Of a DNA stretch of 64,000 nt, positions 1-8,885 are shown in pieces (positions within the stretch are counted from its first letter, which is position 1; each line of letters begins with the position of its first letter). The stretch lies in the IMG/VR virus record IMGVR_UViG_3300023180_000017. One strand, 5' to 3'. The notes beneath the pieces were generated by a model. That model saw nothing but the letters and a program-made list of their open reading frames with translations. It was not told the origin of the DNA and made no database searches. Source of the stretch: a virus. A program made the position numbers and the translations under genes.

Positions 1-37
1 ATACCTAGATTTTTACAGAAAAGATTTTTTAAGTGAT

Positions 38-853
38 ATGATTTTTTCATTTCACAGAATGAATCCATACTTTATGACTGATGCGGATAAAGGGCCACAG
101 GCTGAGTATTTAGAACGTGTTAAAATCTATACTACAGAAGAGATGATAAAGGATGCAACAGAAATTCTTAAGGGTGAAGTAAGACCTGGAATAGCAAATT
201 GGATAAGGAACACCCCTTACGAAGTTGATCCAACCTCCGATCCAAGACAAAAATTGGATAAGTGGAATGATGTAATTGTAAATGCAATTTTAAAAACTGA
301 CATACATATTTTAATAGAGTCTCACTATCTTCCCTTTAAAAACTTTTATGGAGATTACTTACAATATCAGAACGGCGATTTATCAATACAAGATTTTAGC
401 CCAGCATTCTTAACAGAAAAGACCTATAAAGCAATACTTTGTGCCAAACCTGTTATAGCATATTCAACACCATACTTTATGAAAGAATGGCTTGACATGG
501 GCTTTAAAACATTTCATCCATACATAGACGAAACATATGATAGTATAGAAGACGACAATCTCCGCCGACATGCAATTTGTATGGAAATGGGAAGATTGAA
601 GGCAATGAAAAAAACAAACCCTGAACAATATGCTGAAGTTATGTCAAATTGTAATAAGATTGCTCTATTCAATAGAAACGTATTAATACAACAAAACTTA
701 GATCAACAGCAAGATTTTCAGGATGTTCCTTGGTTAAAGGATACATTAATTGATTGGAGACCTTATTGGATTTCACACGATCCCGAGGACTTTGTTAAAG
801 ATCAAGTTCTACAATTACGAGAGGCAAATTACAGTAACGAGCCTAAACAGTGA
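38..853 (+). CDS. Hypothetical protein, glycosyltransferase-like 'TEKT' family (may extend upstream of the window)
   Basis: FLTEKTYKAI...KP...GFKTFHPYIDETYD; paralogue of 54280..55644. Confidence 0.55.
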   Translation: MIFSFHRMNPYFMTDADKGPQAEYLERVKIYTTEEMIKDATEILKGEVRPGIANWIRNTPYEVDPTSDPRQKLDKWNDVIVNAILKTDIHILIESHYLPFKNFYGDYLQYQNGDLSIQDFSPAFLTEKTYKAILCAKPVIAYSTPYFMKEWLDMGFKTFHPYIDETYDSIEDDNLRRHAICMEMGRLKAMKKTNPEQYAEVMSNCNKIALFNRNVLIQQNLDQQQDFQDVPWLKDTLIDWRPYWISHDPEDFVKDQVLQLREANYSNEPKQ

Positions 854-1449
854 TAGTTTTAGCAATGCCTCGATCAGGAGGCACAAAATTTTGTTTAGAT
901 AAATCTGAGGAGACAGGCTTACCTTTTTTTGGTGAGCTTCATTCTACGCACATACAAGAGTATCCAGATGTATTCTTTGTATCTATTACTCAGATTAAAA
1001 AAGAAACGCATGAGGCACCTGTACAGCCAGAGTGGACAACAGAGCAATTTATGAAGGGTTGGGCAGATCATAAGAACAGAATAGTCCTAGCCAATGCAGA
1101 AACATCTACTCAACTTTTGCCCTTTGCAGATTACTATTTGGTTAGGCGTAATTGGAAGAACGTTTTCTATTCATCCTATGACTATATACTGAGAAGTCAG
1201 TTCGCAGAGTTTATCGATTTTAAGCAGTTCGTTATGAACTCATCTAAAGTCCTAGCCAATAGCTATGCATCTATACTAGATTACTGCTATTTCAACGATA
1301 AAGAGATCACATGGTATGAGGATCTATATGACGTGAACACGGAGTATAACCTATTGAAAACTAATAAGGATTTCAACATATTTGACGAAACTATCCAATC
1401 CGTAGCTAACGGATTCGGCATATCCCAAAAGATTGACCGTCTGTCTTAG
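850..1449 (+). CDS. Sulfotransferase-like / P-loop protein
   Basis: N-terminal MPRSGGT resembles the 5'-PAPS-binding loop; GTG start overlaps the upstream stop. Confidence 0.5.
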   Translation: MIVLAMPRSGGTKFCLDKSEETGLPFFGELHSTHIQEYPDVFFVSITQIKKETHEAPVQPEWTTEQFMKGWADHKNRIVLANAETSTQLLPFADYYLVRRNWKNVFYSSYDYILRSQFAEFIDFKQFVMNSSKVLANSYASILDYCYFNDKEITWYEDLYDVNTEYNLLKTNKDFNIFDETIQSVANGFGISQKIDRLS

Positions 1450-1533
1450 GGCCTGAGGGTACCCTAATACCCCACTAATACCCAGATATACCCCCTCAAG
1501 AGAGGCGTTTACAGGGGATCTCAGAGCGAAATG

Positions 1534-1546
1534 TAAGTCATTGATT
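1534..1546 (-). promoter_or_regulatory. IHF-binding-site consensus match
   Basis: Reverse strand AATCAATGACTTA = WATCAANNNNTTR, about 40 bp upstream of a -35 box. Confidence 0.55.
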
Positions 1547-1586
1547 TATATAACGAAAAAAAATTCAAAAAAATGTGAAAAAATGC

Positions 1587-1615
1587 TTGACAAATGGTAT
1601 AAAAGGCTCTATAAT
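1587..1615 (+). promoter_or_regulatory. sigma70-type early promoter
   Basis: TTGACA-N17-TATAAT with phased A-tracts upstream. Confidence 0.9.
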
Positions 1616-1642
1616 AGTGGTATACAAAGTGAGGAAGTGGTT

Positions 1643-2128
1643 ATGTCGAAGTTAGTTATTTGGACCCAATACAAAGAAAATTACGGTGCCCATGATTGGG
1701 ACGGTAAGGGCGAGTGCCCTCAGTATTGGAAGTTCAAGGGTGGCGACACCTATGTTGTTCGTAATTTGAGCACTGCTCAGATCAACAAGATTGCTCAGGA
1801 GGGCATTCCTACTCTGACGGATCTCATTGAGTACCGTAACGAGGCTTCCGAGGAGTATATCCTAGGTTGGGAGATCGTTGAGGACGATGCTCGTGAATGC
1901 GAGGATTGGGATACTGTAACCGAGTTTGTCTGGAAAATGGATCGTTGGATTTGCCAGCGTTTTACCAACAATGACGAGCATGGTTACATGCGCCGTGAAA
2001 TTCTCGCTAAGAGTGAGTCATGGATTCCTCTCTCACAGAGCGAACGCTCAGATTATAAGTGTGAATTCAAAACTGCCAAAGGGTGGTTCACTGGCGAGCA
2101 ACTACAAAAAGAACTGGAGGCAGCATAG
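1643..2128 (+). CDS. Hypothetical early protein
   Basis: GAGG SD and ATG at 1643, downstream of the promoter; ENYGAHDWDG...YWKFKGG motif. Confidence 0.75.
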   Translation: MSKLVIWTQYKENYGAHDWDGKGECPQYWKFKGGDTYVVRNLSTAQINKIAQEGIPTLTDLIEYRNEASEEYILGWEIVEDDARECEDWDTVTEFVWKMDRWICQRFTNNDEHGYMRREILAKSESWIPLSQSERSDYKCEFKTAKGWFTGEQLQKELEAA

Positions 2129-2154
2129 AATTGATCATTTTGGTCATCTTTTGC

Positions 2155-2183
2155 TTGACTTTCTCAATTAGTGGTGCTATAAT
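2155..2183 (+). promoter_or_regulatory. sigma70-type promoter with upstream TGGTCATCTT box
   Basis: TTGACT-N17-TATAAT, extended -10 TG. Confidence 0.85.
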
Positions 2184-2213
2184 AGTAGGGTAAATTGTTA
2201 GGAGAAATACATT

Positions 2214-2534
2214 ATGTCTAATCAAACTTTTAAATTTGCGGGTTATTCTGTTACGTCAAACGGTGTTACTAAGGCACGTTTTGGCAACGACATGGTTTCC
2301 CGTATTAAGAAACTGAAAGATAACTCGGAACACTTTTTTCTCGAGTTACCTTCAGCAATGACTAAAAAAGATGCAGCTAAGTATCTTTTGGACAATGCCG
2401 ATATTGGCAGTGCTCAAACTAAGGATGCTCTTTTGAAAGTCATTCATCGTAACGTTCCTAAAACTGTAAAGGTAGTTAATACTGCCCCAGCAGTTTCTGG
2501 TTCGACAACTGTAGTAAATGAAACGTCTAACTAA
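2214..2534 (+). CDS. Hypothetical protein
   Basis: AGGAG SD, 106-aa ORF. Confidence 0.75.
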   Translation: MSNQTFKFAGYSVTSNGVTKARFGNDMVSRIKKLKDNSEHFFLELPSAMTKKDAAKYLLDNADIGSAQTKDALLKVIHRNVPKTVKVVNTAPAVSGSTTVVNETSN

Positions 2535-2546
2535 TAGGAGTATATT

Positions 2547-2807
2547 ATGACTAAGACTGTATCTACAAACCAAACCAAGAAGATCCTTAACTTCTTGTCT
2601 TCAGGGCAGAGTCTTTCTGAGGCTCAGGCTGAAAGAATGTTTGGAGTTCGTTCAGTAGGTGCTCGAATTGCAGAACTTCGAGAAGCAGGTTTTCCTGTTT
2701 ACACCAACGTGAGCAAGACAGGTAAAACTGTCTATCGCCTCGGTACCCCAAGCCGAGCAATGATCGCTGCAGCTTATTCTGTAGCAGGTGCTACTTTATT
2801 TAAGTAA
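2547..2807 (+). CDS. Small winged helix-turn-helix protein
   Basis: ILNFL...LSEAQAERMFGVRSVGARIAELREAGFPVYT pattern; AGGAG SD. Confidence 0.7.
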   Translation: MTKTVSTNQTKKILNFLSSGQSLSEAQAERMFGVRSVGARIAELREAGFPVYTNVSKTGKTVYRLGTPSRAMIAAAYSVAGATLFK

Positions 2808-2826
2808 GCATTTCTTTGTAATGAGA

Positions 2827-2856
2827 AAGTCCTGGGCAAGACTTACAAAAGGCCCA
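2827..2856 (+). ncRNA. Putative H-type RNA pseudoknot
   Basis: S1 AAGTC/GACTT, S2 TGGGC/GCCCA, A-rich loop 3, followed by CTTTTGTT. Confidence 0.45.
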
Positions 2857-2869
2857 CTTTTGTTGAGTG

Positions 2870-2877
2870 TATAAATA
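2870..2877 (+). promoter_or_regulatory. T4-type late promoter for the tRNA
   Basis: TATAAATA ending 9 nt before the tRNA 5' end. Confidence 0.75.
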
Positions 2878-2886
2878 TCGAGAGCC

Positions 2887-2962
2887 GCCGGATTAGCTCA
2901 GCAGGTAGAGCAGCTCACTTGTAATGAGAAGGTCGCGAGTTCGATTCTTGCATCCGGCACCA
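2887..2962 (+). tRNA. tRNA-Thr(TGT)
   Basis: 76 nt; acceptor GCCGGAT/ATCCGGC, D-arm TAGCTCAG..GGTAGAGC, anticodon loop CTTGTAA, T-loop TTCGATT, encoded CCA. Confidence 0.95.
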
Positions 2963-2970
2963 CTTATTTA

Positions 2971-3180
2971 ATGGAGAATATTATGGTAACACCAACCGAA
3001 GTTTTACAAAAACATTTCACTGCACAAATTGATAAACATAAACTCAATGTGCAAATTCTTTTAGAAAATCCTAGAGCAATTCCAGAGCATACGGACTTTG
3101 CCGAAGCTGTAGAAAAAGAACTAGAGCAGGTGGCACATTGGAACGATATGCTTGAGGCATTACGTTTATGCGAGCAGTAG
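2971..3180 (+). CDS. Hypothetical small protein
   Basis: 69-aa ORF with IPEHTD motif; true start may be the second ATG, which follows a GGAG SD. Confidence 0.7.
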   Translation: MENIMVTPTEVLQKHFTAQIDKHKLNVQILLENPRAIPEHTDFAEAVEKELEQVAHWNDMLEALRLCEQ

Positions 3181-3944
3181 TAGCAGCCCTTACATCGTGG
3201 GACGCTGAGAAACTAGATAGATGCCTTGCCTCTGTTCCTGAGGACATTGATAAAGTCGTTATTTGTAATACACAAGACGAAGGTTATCCTACACAGGCAA
3301 GACTTGTGGCTAGAAAGCATAACGCACATTATTTTACTACTGTATCTAATGGCACACCTGGCAGAGGTAAACAGACAGTTTTAGATTGGTTCTCTACAGA
3401 CTCACCTCATGACTGGCTTATACCTATAGATGCAGATGATTATTTCTTCGAAGGGGGTATTCAGAAATTGATGCTCCTATTGCACAAACATCAACCAGAT
3501 GTAATTGGACTAAAACACAATCCAATGTTCTTAGATGGTAAACCAACAACATTGGAGAATGCTTTAGACAACGGAGAGTTTTTTGATGCAGGGTATGTAG
3601 AAGGTAGTCGAAGAAACTTAGTCGCTTTTTATGAGCTTCAACAAACCTTGAAACAAATTATTCCTTTTAACAGAATACTTGCATTGTCTAAAAAAGGTGC
3701 AGGTTGTTTTGAATATACAGATCAATTATTTGGTTCTGAGGACATCATAGCTAATGTCGATTTGTATAGAGAGCATTGTAATGGCAACATTAAATACTGC
3801 CTTACAGAAAAGGAAATCTATATGTATGATTGTGCTAGAGGTTCTTTGATGAAGTTCTTTCAAGATACTAGAGCAATTATAGCAACTATCAGTAAGGTTA
3901 AGAGCAAATTTGATTTTGAAAGACAAGAGCTCCAGGTTATTTGA
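3168..3944 (+). CDS. GT-A fold glycosyltransferase-like protein
   Basis: SNGTPGRGK, IPIDADD (DxD motif) and SED motifs. Confidence 0.6.
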   Translation: MRAVVAALTSWDAEKLDRCLASVPEDIDKVVICNTQDEGYPTQARLVARKHNAHYFTTVSNGTPGRGKQTVLDWFSTDSPHDWLIPIDADDYFFEGGIQKLMLLLHKHQPDVIGLKHNPMFLDGKPTTLENALDNGEFFDAGYVEGSRRNLVAFYELQQTLKQIIPFNRILALSKKGAGCFEYTDQLFGSEDIIANVDLYREHCNGNIKYCLTEKEIYMYDCARGSLMKFFQDTRAIIATISKVKSKFDFERQELQVI

Positions 3945-4539
3945 TACAATAGACAGTAAGACTGATATTGATATCATAAAACAATTTTGCGATGATGCTA
4001 GGTCAGATGGGCTGGAAGGTAGTCTAGCATTTGAAACAAAAGGTTGGCACAACAACCAGGCGTCTTTTCTATACAAAGTTATAGTTGATAAGACATTTGA
4101 TCAGGACAAGGGTGGGGTATATATTGTCTGTAAAGATGGTGATCGAATAGTAGCAGGACAAGGCTCTTGCAGATTACATGATACAGAGTATATGATTTTT
4201 GGAACACGTGGTTACACAATGCCCAAATATAGGAATAGGCATAACTATGATTTCCTACAATATTGTACCTCAAAATTTTGGGAGTTATACATAAAAGAGT
4301 ACAAAGGTTATATTATGGCCTTTAATAAGTACAATTACAAAATATTTCTCAAGTATATGAGATTAAATAATGTAACCCCCGATTATTTTGATCAATATGT
4401 ATGGCACAGGGGTAGGAAAGTAGTGCCTATGCGTCCTCATCCAGATCTAATAAATATTAATTATACGCCACAGCACGTTTTATATGGCGGTAAACATGAA
4501 GCAGAACTTTTGGAATATTTGAATGCAAACAAAGTCTAA
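3910..4539 (+). CDS. Hypothetical protein, possible GNAT-like fold
   Basis: IVAGQG...RGYTMPKYR resembles GNAT motif A. Confidence 0.4.
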   Translation: MILKDKSSRLFDTIDSKTDIDIIKQFCDDARSDGLEGSLAFETKGWHNNQASFLYKVIVDKTFDQDKGGVYIVCKDGDRIVAGQGSCRLHDTEYMIFGTRGYTMPKYRNRHNYDFLQYCTSKFWELYIKEYKGYIMAFNKYNYKIFLKYMRLNNVTPDYFDQYVWHRGRKVVPMRPHPDLININYTPQHVLYGGKHEAELLEYLNANKV

Positions 4540-5266
4540 ATTAAATTGGAAGCATATGGTAGGATGGCATAATGCTGCACTTACCTTTGCACAGTTTGTC
4601 ATTGTTCCGTATTCCTTTTATCTTTTATTCACGCACGATCATAACATTGCAGGAGTAGCAACTTCTGTTCTCATAACATATCTTTTTTGTAGTGTTGGTT
4701 TTACAATAGGCAATCATAGGTACTTTGCACACAGAGCATTTAAAACGACACGAACAAATGAAAAGATCCTATCTATACTAGCTATACTTGGTACGTGGAT
4801 TAGTCCATTGAGATGGGCTGCAAGCCATTACCATCACCACAAACACTCTGATACAGAATATGATATTCATAGCCCTAGCTATTTAGGTTGGAAATCTATG
4901 TTCTTTCTATTTCACAATTATAAAGCACAGCCAGCTCTTTCATTGCCTGCAGGTAGACTAGCTAAAGACAGTTGGCATACAGCCATTCACAAGTACATTT
5001 ATTTTATTATTTTATTTTATGCACTATCTTGTTATATGTTATTTGGTTTTAATGGTTTAGTATATGGTTGGCTTTTTCCAACTTCTTACACTATACTAGG
5101 ACAGATGTCTTTGATCAATGCACATGACAACGGCAAACCTATAGATTCAACTTTTGTCAATATAATGACAATGGGCGACGGCAATCATGCTAAGCACCAC
5201 GATGACCCAAAAGATTACGAGAAGGATATCTTTATTCGTCCCGTTATCAATTTTATTAAAACATAA
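4523..5266 (+). CDS. Membrane fatty-acid (delta-9-like) desaturase
   Basis: His boxes HRYFAH, HYHHH and HAKHH; DIHSP motif; hydrophobic segments. Confidence 0.85.
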   Translation: MQTKSKLNWKHMVGWHNAALTFAQFVIVPYSFYLLFTHDHNIAGVATSVLITYLFCSVGFTIGNHRYFAHRAFKTTRTNEKILSILAILGTWISPLRWAASHYHHHKHSDTEYDIHSPSYLGWKSMFFLFHNYKAQPALSLPAGRLAKDSWHTAIHKYIYFIILFYALSCYMLFGFNGLVYGWLFPTSYTILGQMSLINAHDNGKPIDSTFVNIMTMGDGNHAKHHDDPKDYEKDIFIRPVINFIKT

Positions 5267-5281
5267 ATGGTCATCTTGTAG

Positions 5282-5310
5282 TTGATTTTATTTTTTTATG
5301 GTGTTATAAT
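5282..5310 (+). promoter_or_regulatory. sigma70-type promoter with upstream TGGTCATCTT box
   Basis: TTGATT-N17-TATAAT, extended -10 TG. Confidence 0.7.
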
Positions 5311-5336
5311 GTTTTTTAATCTAATGGAGTGTACCT

Positions 5337-5894
5337 ATGGCAAACAACGTCTACAATGATATTTCGCTAGTCTCTAGCAACAAAAGTGCAAGGAAAAAAT
5401 TTATTGAAGCCTTTCAATCGGTAACGGATTTGAATGAGTGCGGATTAGAATTTTCTTCTATCCTTCCTGAATGGGATGGTGAATGGGCTTCGCGGGAATA
5501 CATGGAAGAGTACGTTGGTCCAAAGTGGGCAAACCTAGATGATTATCAAGGTGATGACTATGCTTATGTTGTTTCAGCATGGGGCCCGCCGGTAGCTTTC
5601 ATGAGACAATTAGCTAAAGAACTAAGCATGTTAGATGCAGACGTTAAACTTCGTATGAATTACACCGACGAGTTTTATAACTTTATAGGTACATGGGTAT
5701 TTGCTAACGGTGAAGAAGATTATGAAGAAGCCGATGGTGATTGGTTCTTTAGAAAAAGAGCAGAAGAAGTAGGCACCCCGCTAAAAGAATATGACTCTTT
5801 TGAAGATGATGGGTGGTATGATTTTATTGATGAAACAATCTTCAGCTGGGCAGATGAAATGTTGAGAGACAAAGATGAAATTAAATTACTCTGA
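5337..5894 (+). CDS. Acidic hypothetical protein (DUF1281/YubB ferredoxin-like)
   Basis: MANNVYN start, G.KW and SAWGPP motifs. Confidence 0.55.
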   Translation: MANNVYNDISLVSSNKSARKKFIEAFQSVTDLNECGLEFSSILPEWDGEWASREYMEEYVGPKWANLDDYQGDDYAYVVSAWGPPVAFMRQLAKELSMLDADVKLRMNYTDEFYNFIGTWVFANGEEDYEEADGDWFFRKRAEEVGTPLKEYDSFEDDGWYDFIDETIFSWADEMLRDKDEIKLL

Positions 5895-6312
5895 GGCTTT
5901 TAAAAAAAGCCAACGTATAGGGTTTACCTGTAGCACATTTGATTTGTTGCATGCAGGACACATCACAATGCTTGAAGAAGCTAAACGAAATTGTGATTAC
6001 TTGATTGTTGGACTACAAAACGATCCCACGTTAGATCGTCCAGAGAAAAATCGTCCAGTACAATCTATTGTAGAAAGGCAAATTCAATTGGCAGCTGTAA
6101 AATATATCGACGAAATTGTCATATATAATACAGAACGAGATTTAATTGATTTGCTTTTGACTTTACCTATTGATGTTAGAATTATAGGTGAGGAGTATAG
6201 AGACAAAGAGTTTACAGGAAAAGAACTTCCTATAGAAATGGTTTATAATTCTAGAAAGCATTCCTTTAGTAGCACAAGTTTAAGAAAGAGGGTAGCAGAT
6301 GAAGCAGTATAA
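5875..6312 (+). CDS. Cytidylyltransferase (TagD/RfaE-like)
   Basis: TFDLLHAGH (HxGH), ER..QL...KYIDE, and SSTSLR motifs. Confidence 0.85.
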   Translation: MKLNYSEAFKKSQRIGFTCSTFDLLHAGHITMLEEAKRNCDYLIVGLQNDPTLDRPEKNRPVQSIVERQIQLAAVKYIDEIVIYNTERDLIDLLLTLPIDVRIIGEEYRDKEFTGKELPIEMVYNSRKHSFSSTSLRKRVADEAV

Positions 6313-6469
6313 GGTTAGAGAAAGAAGGTTAGGAGCTCTTGAAAGATTAGAGAGCGCAAAGTTTTTCCCAAAGAAAAACAAAAAGGGACAAGAGCGTTCC
6401 GAAAAGACTTGGGAAGAAAATAGGCAAGCTCAAATTGAGACTTTGAAGAAGAGGGTAAACTTTGCATAG
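6299..6469 (+). CDS. Small basic hypothetical protein (absent from ORF track)
   Basis: 56-aa ORF MKQYKVRERRLGALERL..., overlapping the upstream stop. Confidence 0.55.
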   Translation: MKQYKVRERRLGALERLESAKFFPKKNKKGQERSEKTWEENRQAQIETLKKRVNFA

Positions 6470-6606
6470 GTTTACCGAGCATGTAACGGAACTACATAAT
6501 ATAGCTCGCAAAGTTGAAATTGAATTTGGTAATGTAAATGGCACAATATCTCAAACATTGAGGAAATGTGCCGATCGATTAAATGAAATTGGAAAAGGTG
6601 AAAAAA

Positions 6607-6795
6607 ATGAGCAAAGAAACAGTACAAAGAAAAATAGCTAATTGTATTATGGCTAGTAAGAGGGCTTTAGATCCTAGTTTTAGAGCCTATTGGAAAGATA
6701 CGGCATCAAAACTAGCAACTCAGTACAATGTGAACTTAGAAGAAATTAAAAAACATCCGGAGTTTTATAATGCTAAAGCTAGTAGCATGCACTAA
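6607..6795 (+). CDS. Hypothetical protein
   Basis: AGGTG SD; tightly packed ORF. Confidence 0.6.
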   Translation: MSKETVQRKIANCIMASKRALDPSFRAYWKDTASKLATQYNVNLEEIKKHPEFYNAKASSMH

Positions 6796-7117
6796 GTTAT
6801 GGAATAACATTGGCACGTCGGATATTCCGATGTGGCGTGTTGTTGGTGGTAACGAATATATTATTGCTAGGTTTGAAGAGGAGCCCACTTGGGCAGACGT
6901 GGGCGAGGCAGTAACTAAGTTCATGCACATCCTTGAAGGTAAGATTCAAATGGGGATTGTTGAAACCTATGTTGGATTTGATTTGTTTGACAATAACAAT
7001 CTAACACATGGCGAAAACTTTCAATTACAAAATGGCGGAACTATTGATTTCCCCACAGAGGACTTAACAAAGTTAGATGTTCGAGAAGACATGGCTGGAA
7101 TCTCAGGGGAAATTTGA
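6770..7117 (+). CDS. Hypothetical protein
   Basis: 115-aa ORF overlapping its neighbours. Confidence 0.65.
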   Translation: MLKLVACTKLWNNIGTSDIPMWRVVGGNEYIIARFEEEPTWADVGEAVTKFMHILEGKIQMGIVETYVGFDLFDNNNLTHGENFQLQNGGTIDFPTEDLTKLDVREDMAGISGEI

Positions 7118-7853
7118 GAACAAAGATAAGATGCCACCTAGGCTAACTATAGCCTATTCTTACTTTGAAGAACCTGAGTTACTAGAAAAACAAATAAGTC
7201 TCTGGGAGGATTATCCTCCTGGAGTAGAAATTTTTATTACAGATGATTATTCTGTAAAATATCCAGCACATGATATACTTAAAGATGTTTATTTTCCATA
7301 CGGTGTTGATATACAGCTTTGGAGAGTAACAAGAGATCTAGGATTTAATTCTCATGGTTGTAGAAATTTAGCAGCCAAGTACGCACCAACAGATGTTATT
7401 GCTTTTTTAGATATGGACATGACATTAAATCCAGGTGATGTTGGGCAGTTAAGAAGAATAACTTATTCTAAAGGCAGAGCATACTTCTTCAATATGTATA
7501 GTTATGCTAAGAAACAATTTTTTCAATTCCCAGGACATTTGAATACATTTATTGTACATCGAGATACCTATTGGGAAGCCGGTGGTTATGATGAGTCCTT
7601 TACGGGATATCATACAGGAGATAGAGAATTTCATCAACGTTTAGAACAGGTTTCTACAAGAAACAATGTTGGTATTACCTTAGGACTACACCGAGGTGGT
7701 AGAAAAGCTGTTGTTGATGTGGGTGTAGAGGGCATATTAGAGTATGATAACGAAAATATGCTAATTAAATACTCTAAACCTGTTCCAAATTTGGAACAGT
7801 TAAGGGGTACAGTTTCTAACAAAATAAACTTTCCTTTTGTTAGATTGTTATAA
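7077..7853 (+). CDS. GT-A glycosyltransferase (GT2/GT7-like)
   Basis: TDDYS, CRNLAA, FLDMD and GGYDESFTGY..GD motifs. Confidence 0.8.
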   Translation: MFEKTWLESQGKFENKDKMPPRLTIAYSYFEEPELLEKQISLWEDYPPGVEIFITDDYSVKYPAHDILKDVYFPYGVDIQLWRVTRDLGFNSHGCRNLAAKYAPTDVIAFLDMDMTLNPGDVGQLRRITYSKGRAYFFNMYSYAKKQFFQFPGHLNTFIVHRDTYWEAGGYDESFTGYHTGDREFHQRLEQVSTRNNVGITLGLHRGGRKAVVDVGVEGILEYDNENMLIKYSKPVPNLEQLRGTVSNKINFPFVRLL

Positions 7854-7856
7854 ATA
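7849..7856 (+). promoter_or_regulatory. T4-type late promoter
   Basis: TATAAATA upstream of the lipoprotein gene. Confidence 0.7.
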
Positions 7857-7906
7857 ATAAAGCACACATGTATAGTGTGCTTGATATATATATCAGGGAG
7901 AGACTT

Positions 7907-8872
7907 ATGAAAAAACTAGCTATTGCCTTAATGGCGACTGGCTTGTTAGGCATGGTGGGCTGTGCTTCCACGGGTACCGAGTATTACGAGGCTATCAGGA
8001 AAACAGCAGAAGCTAATGCTTTAGCAAGCGCCGCTAAATATGAGGCGTTATCAAAAATAGCAAGTAGTGGAGATCAAGGGGCAGCATCAGCCGCGGTTAT
8101 GGCTATTGCGCTTACTCAAGACAGGTCTGTAGTTCCCCAATATGTTGAGTCAGATGCCTTAAAGTGGGCCAGCGTCTTAGTACCTGGAGCCACTACATTA
8201 GGTAGCATCTGGTTGCAAACGGACTTAGCTAAAGCTCAATCTAATAATAGCAAGGAAATTCAAATGGCAAGTTTTGCTTCGAATCAAGCTATTCAATTGG
8301 GACAGCAGGACATGGTTGTTGGTCTAGGATCACAATGGTCTACTGCTTCTACAGCTAGTGCTGATCTTGCGATTGCAGGATTTACTGCTCTTAATACCGC
8401 AGGACAACAAACAGTTGACTTAGGTATTGCGGGACTTGGCACTGCTGATAGTATTGCAGGTGCTGGCTTTGACGCCACCACCAACGTTGCAGGCTTAGGT
8501 TTTGCCACTGTTGACAGTGTTGCAACAACCGGATTCCAAACTTCACAAAACATTTCAACTGCAGGTATGACTGGAATTGTAGATGTTAGTAAATGGGGTA
8601 TGGATGGAATGGAGGCACTTGGTACAGCCGGCATGACTGGCATGGTTGATATTTCAACAGGGTACAATACTTTGTTGGATAGCATTCAAACTACCAATGC
8701 TGCTACTCTAACTACCACGTTGGGTGACGCTAATGCAACTAACTTGTCGGGACAGTCTAACTACGCTACAATCATTGCCAGCTTACAGGCAACGATTAAT
8801 CAAATTAGCGCAGATCTAGCAACTCCAATTACTTGTCAGGATGATGGCACAGGCACTATTGTTTGTAACTAA
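7907..8872 (+). CDS. Late lipoprotein with Gly/Ala/Thr-rich repeats
   Basis: MKK, hydrophobic stretch and lipobox MVGC; roughly 11-aa periodic AG/TG/LG repeats; GGGAG SD. Confidence 0.75.
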   Translation: MKKLAIALMATGLLGMVGCASTGTEYYEAIRKTAEANALASAAKYEALSKIASSGDQGAASAAVMAIALTQDRSVVPQYVESDALKWASVLVPGATTLGSIWLQTDLAKAQSNNSKEIQMASFASNQAIQLGQQDMVVGLGSQWSTASTASADLAIAGFTALNTAGQQTVDLGIAGLGTADSIAGAGFDATTNVAGLGFATVDSVATTGFQTSQNISTAGMTGIVDVSKWGMDGMEALGTAGMTGMVDISTGYNTLLDSIQTTNAATLTTTLGDANATNLSGQSNYATIIASLQATINQISADLATPITCQDDGTGTIVCN

Positions 8873-8885
8873 TTCCTAACCAACT

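Noticed and set aside
1541-1642. N-terminal extension of the ORF-track call 1541..2128
   Set aside because: It overlaps the promoter; the SD-supported ATG is at 1643. Similar over-extended starts were trimmed for several other ORFs.
2827-2856. preQ1-I riboswitch call for the pseudoknot (tempting given the QueC-like genes)
   Set aside because: The topology is similar, but the conserved preQ1-I loop and stem sequence is not recognisable and the element precedes a tRNA rather than a que gene.
2887-2962. tRNA as a prophage attachment site, or the window as bacterial chromosome
   Set aside because: No integrase and no host housekeeping genes; the tRNA is driven by a phage late promoter and the whole window is phage-like.
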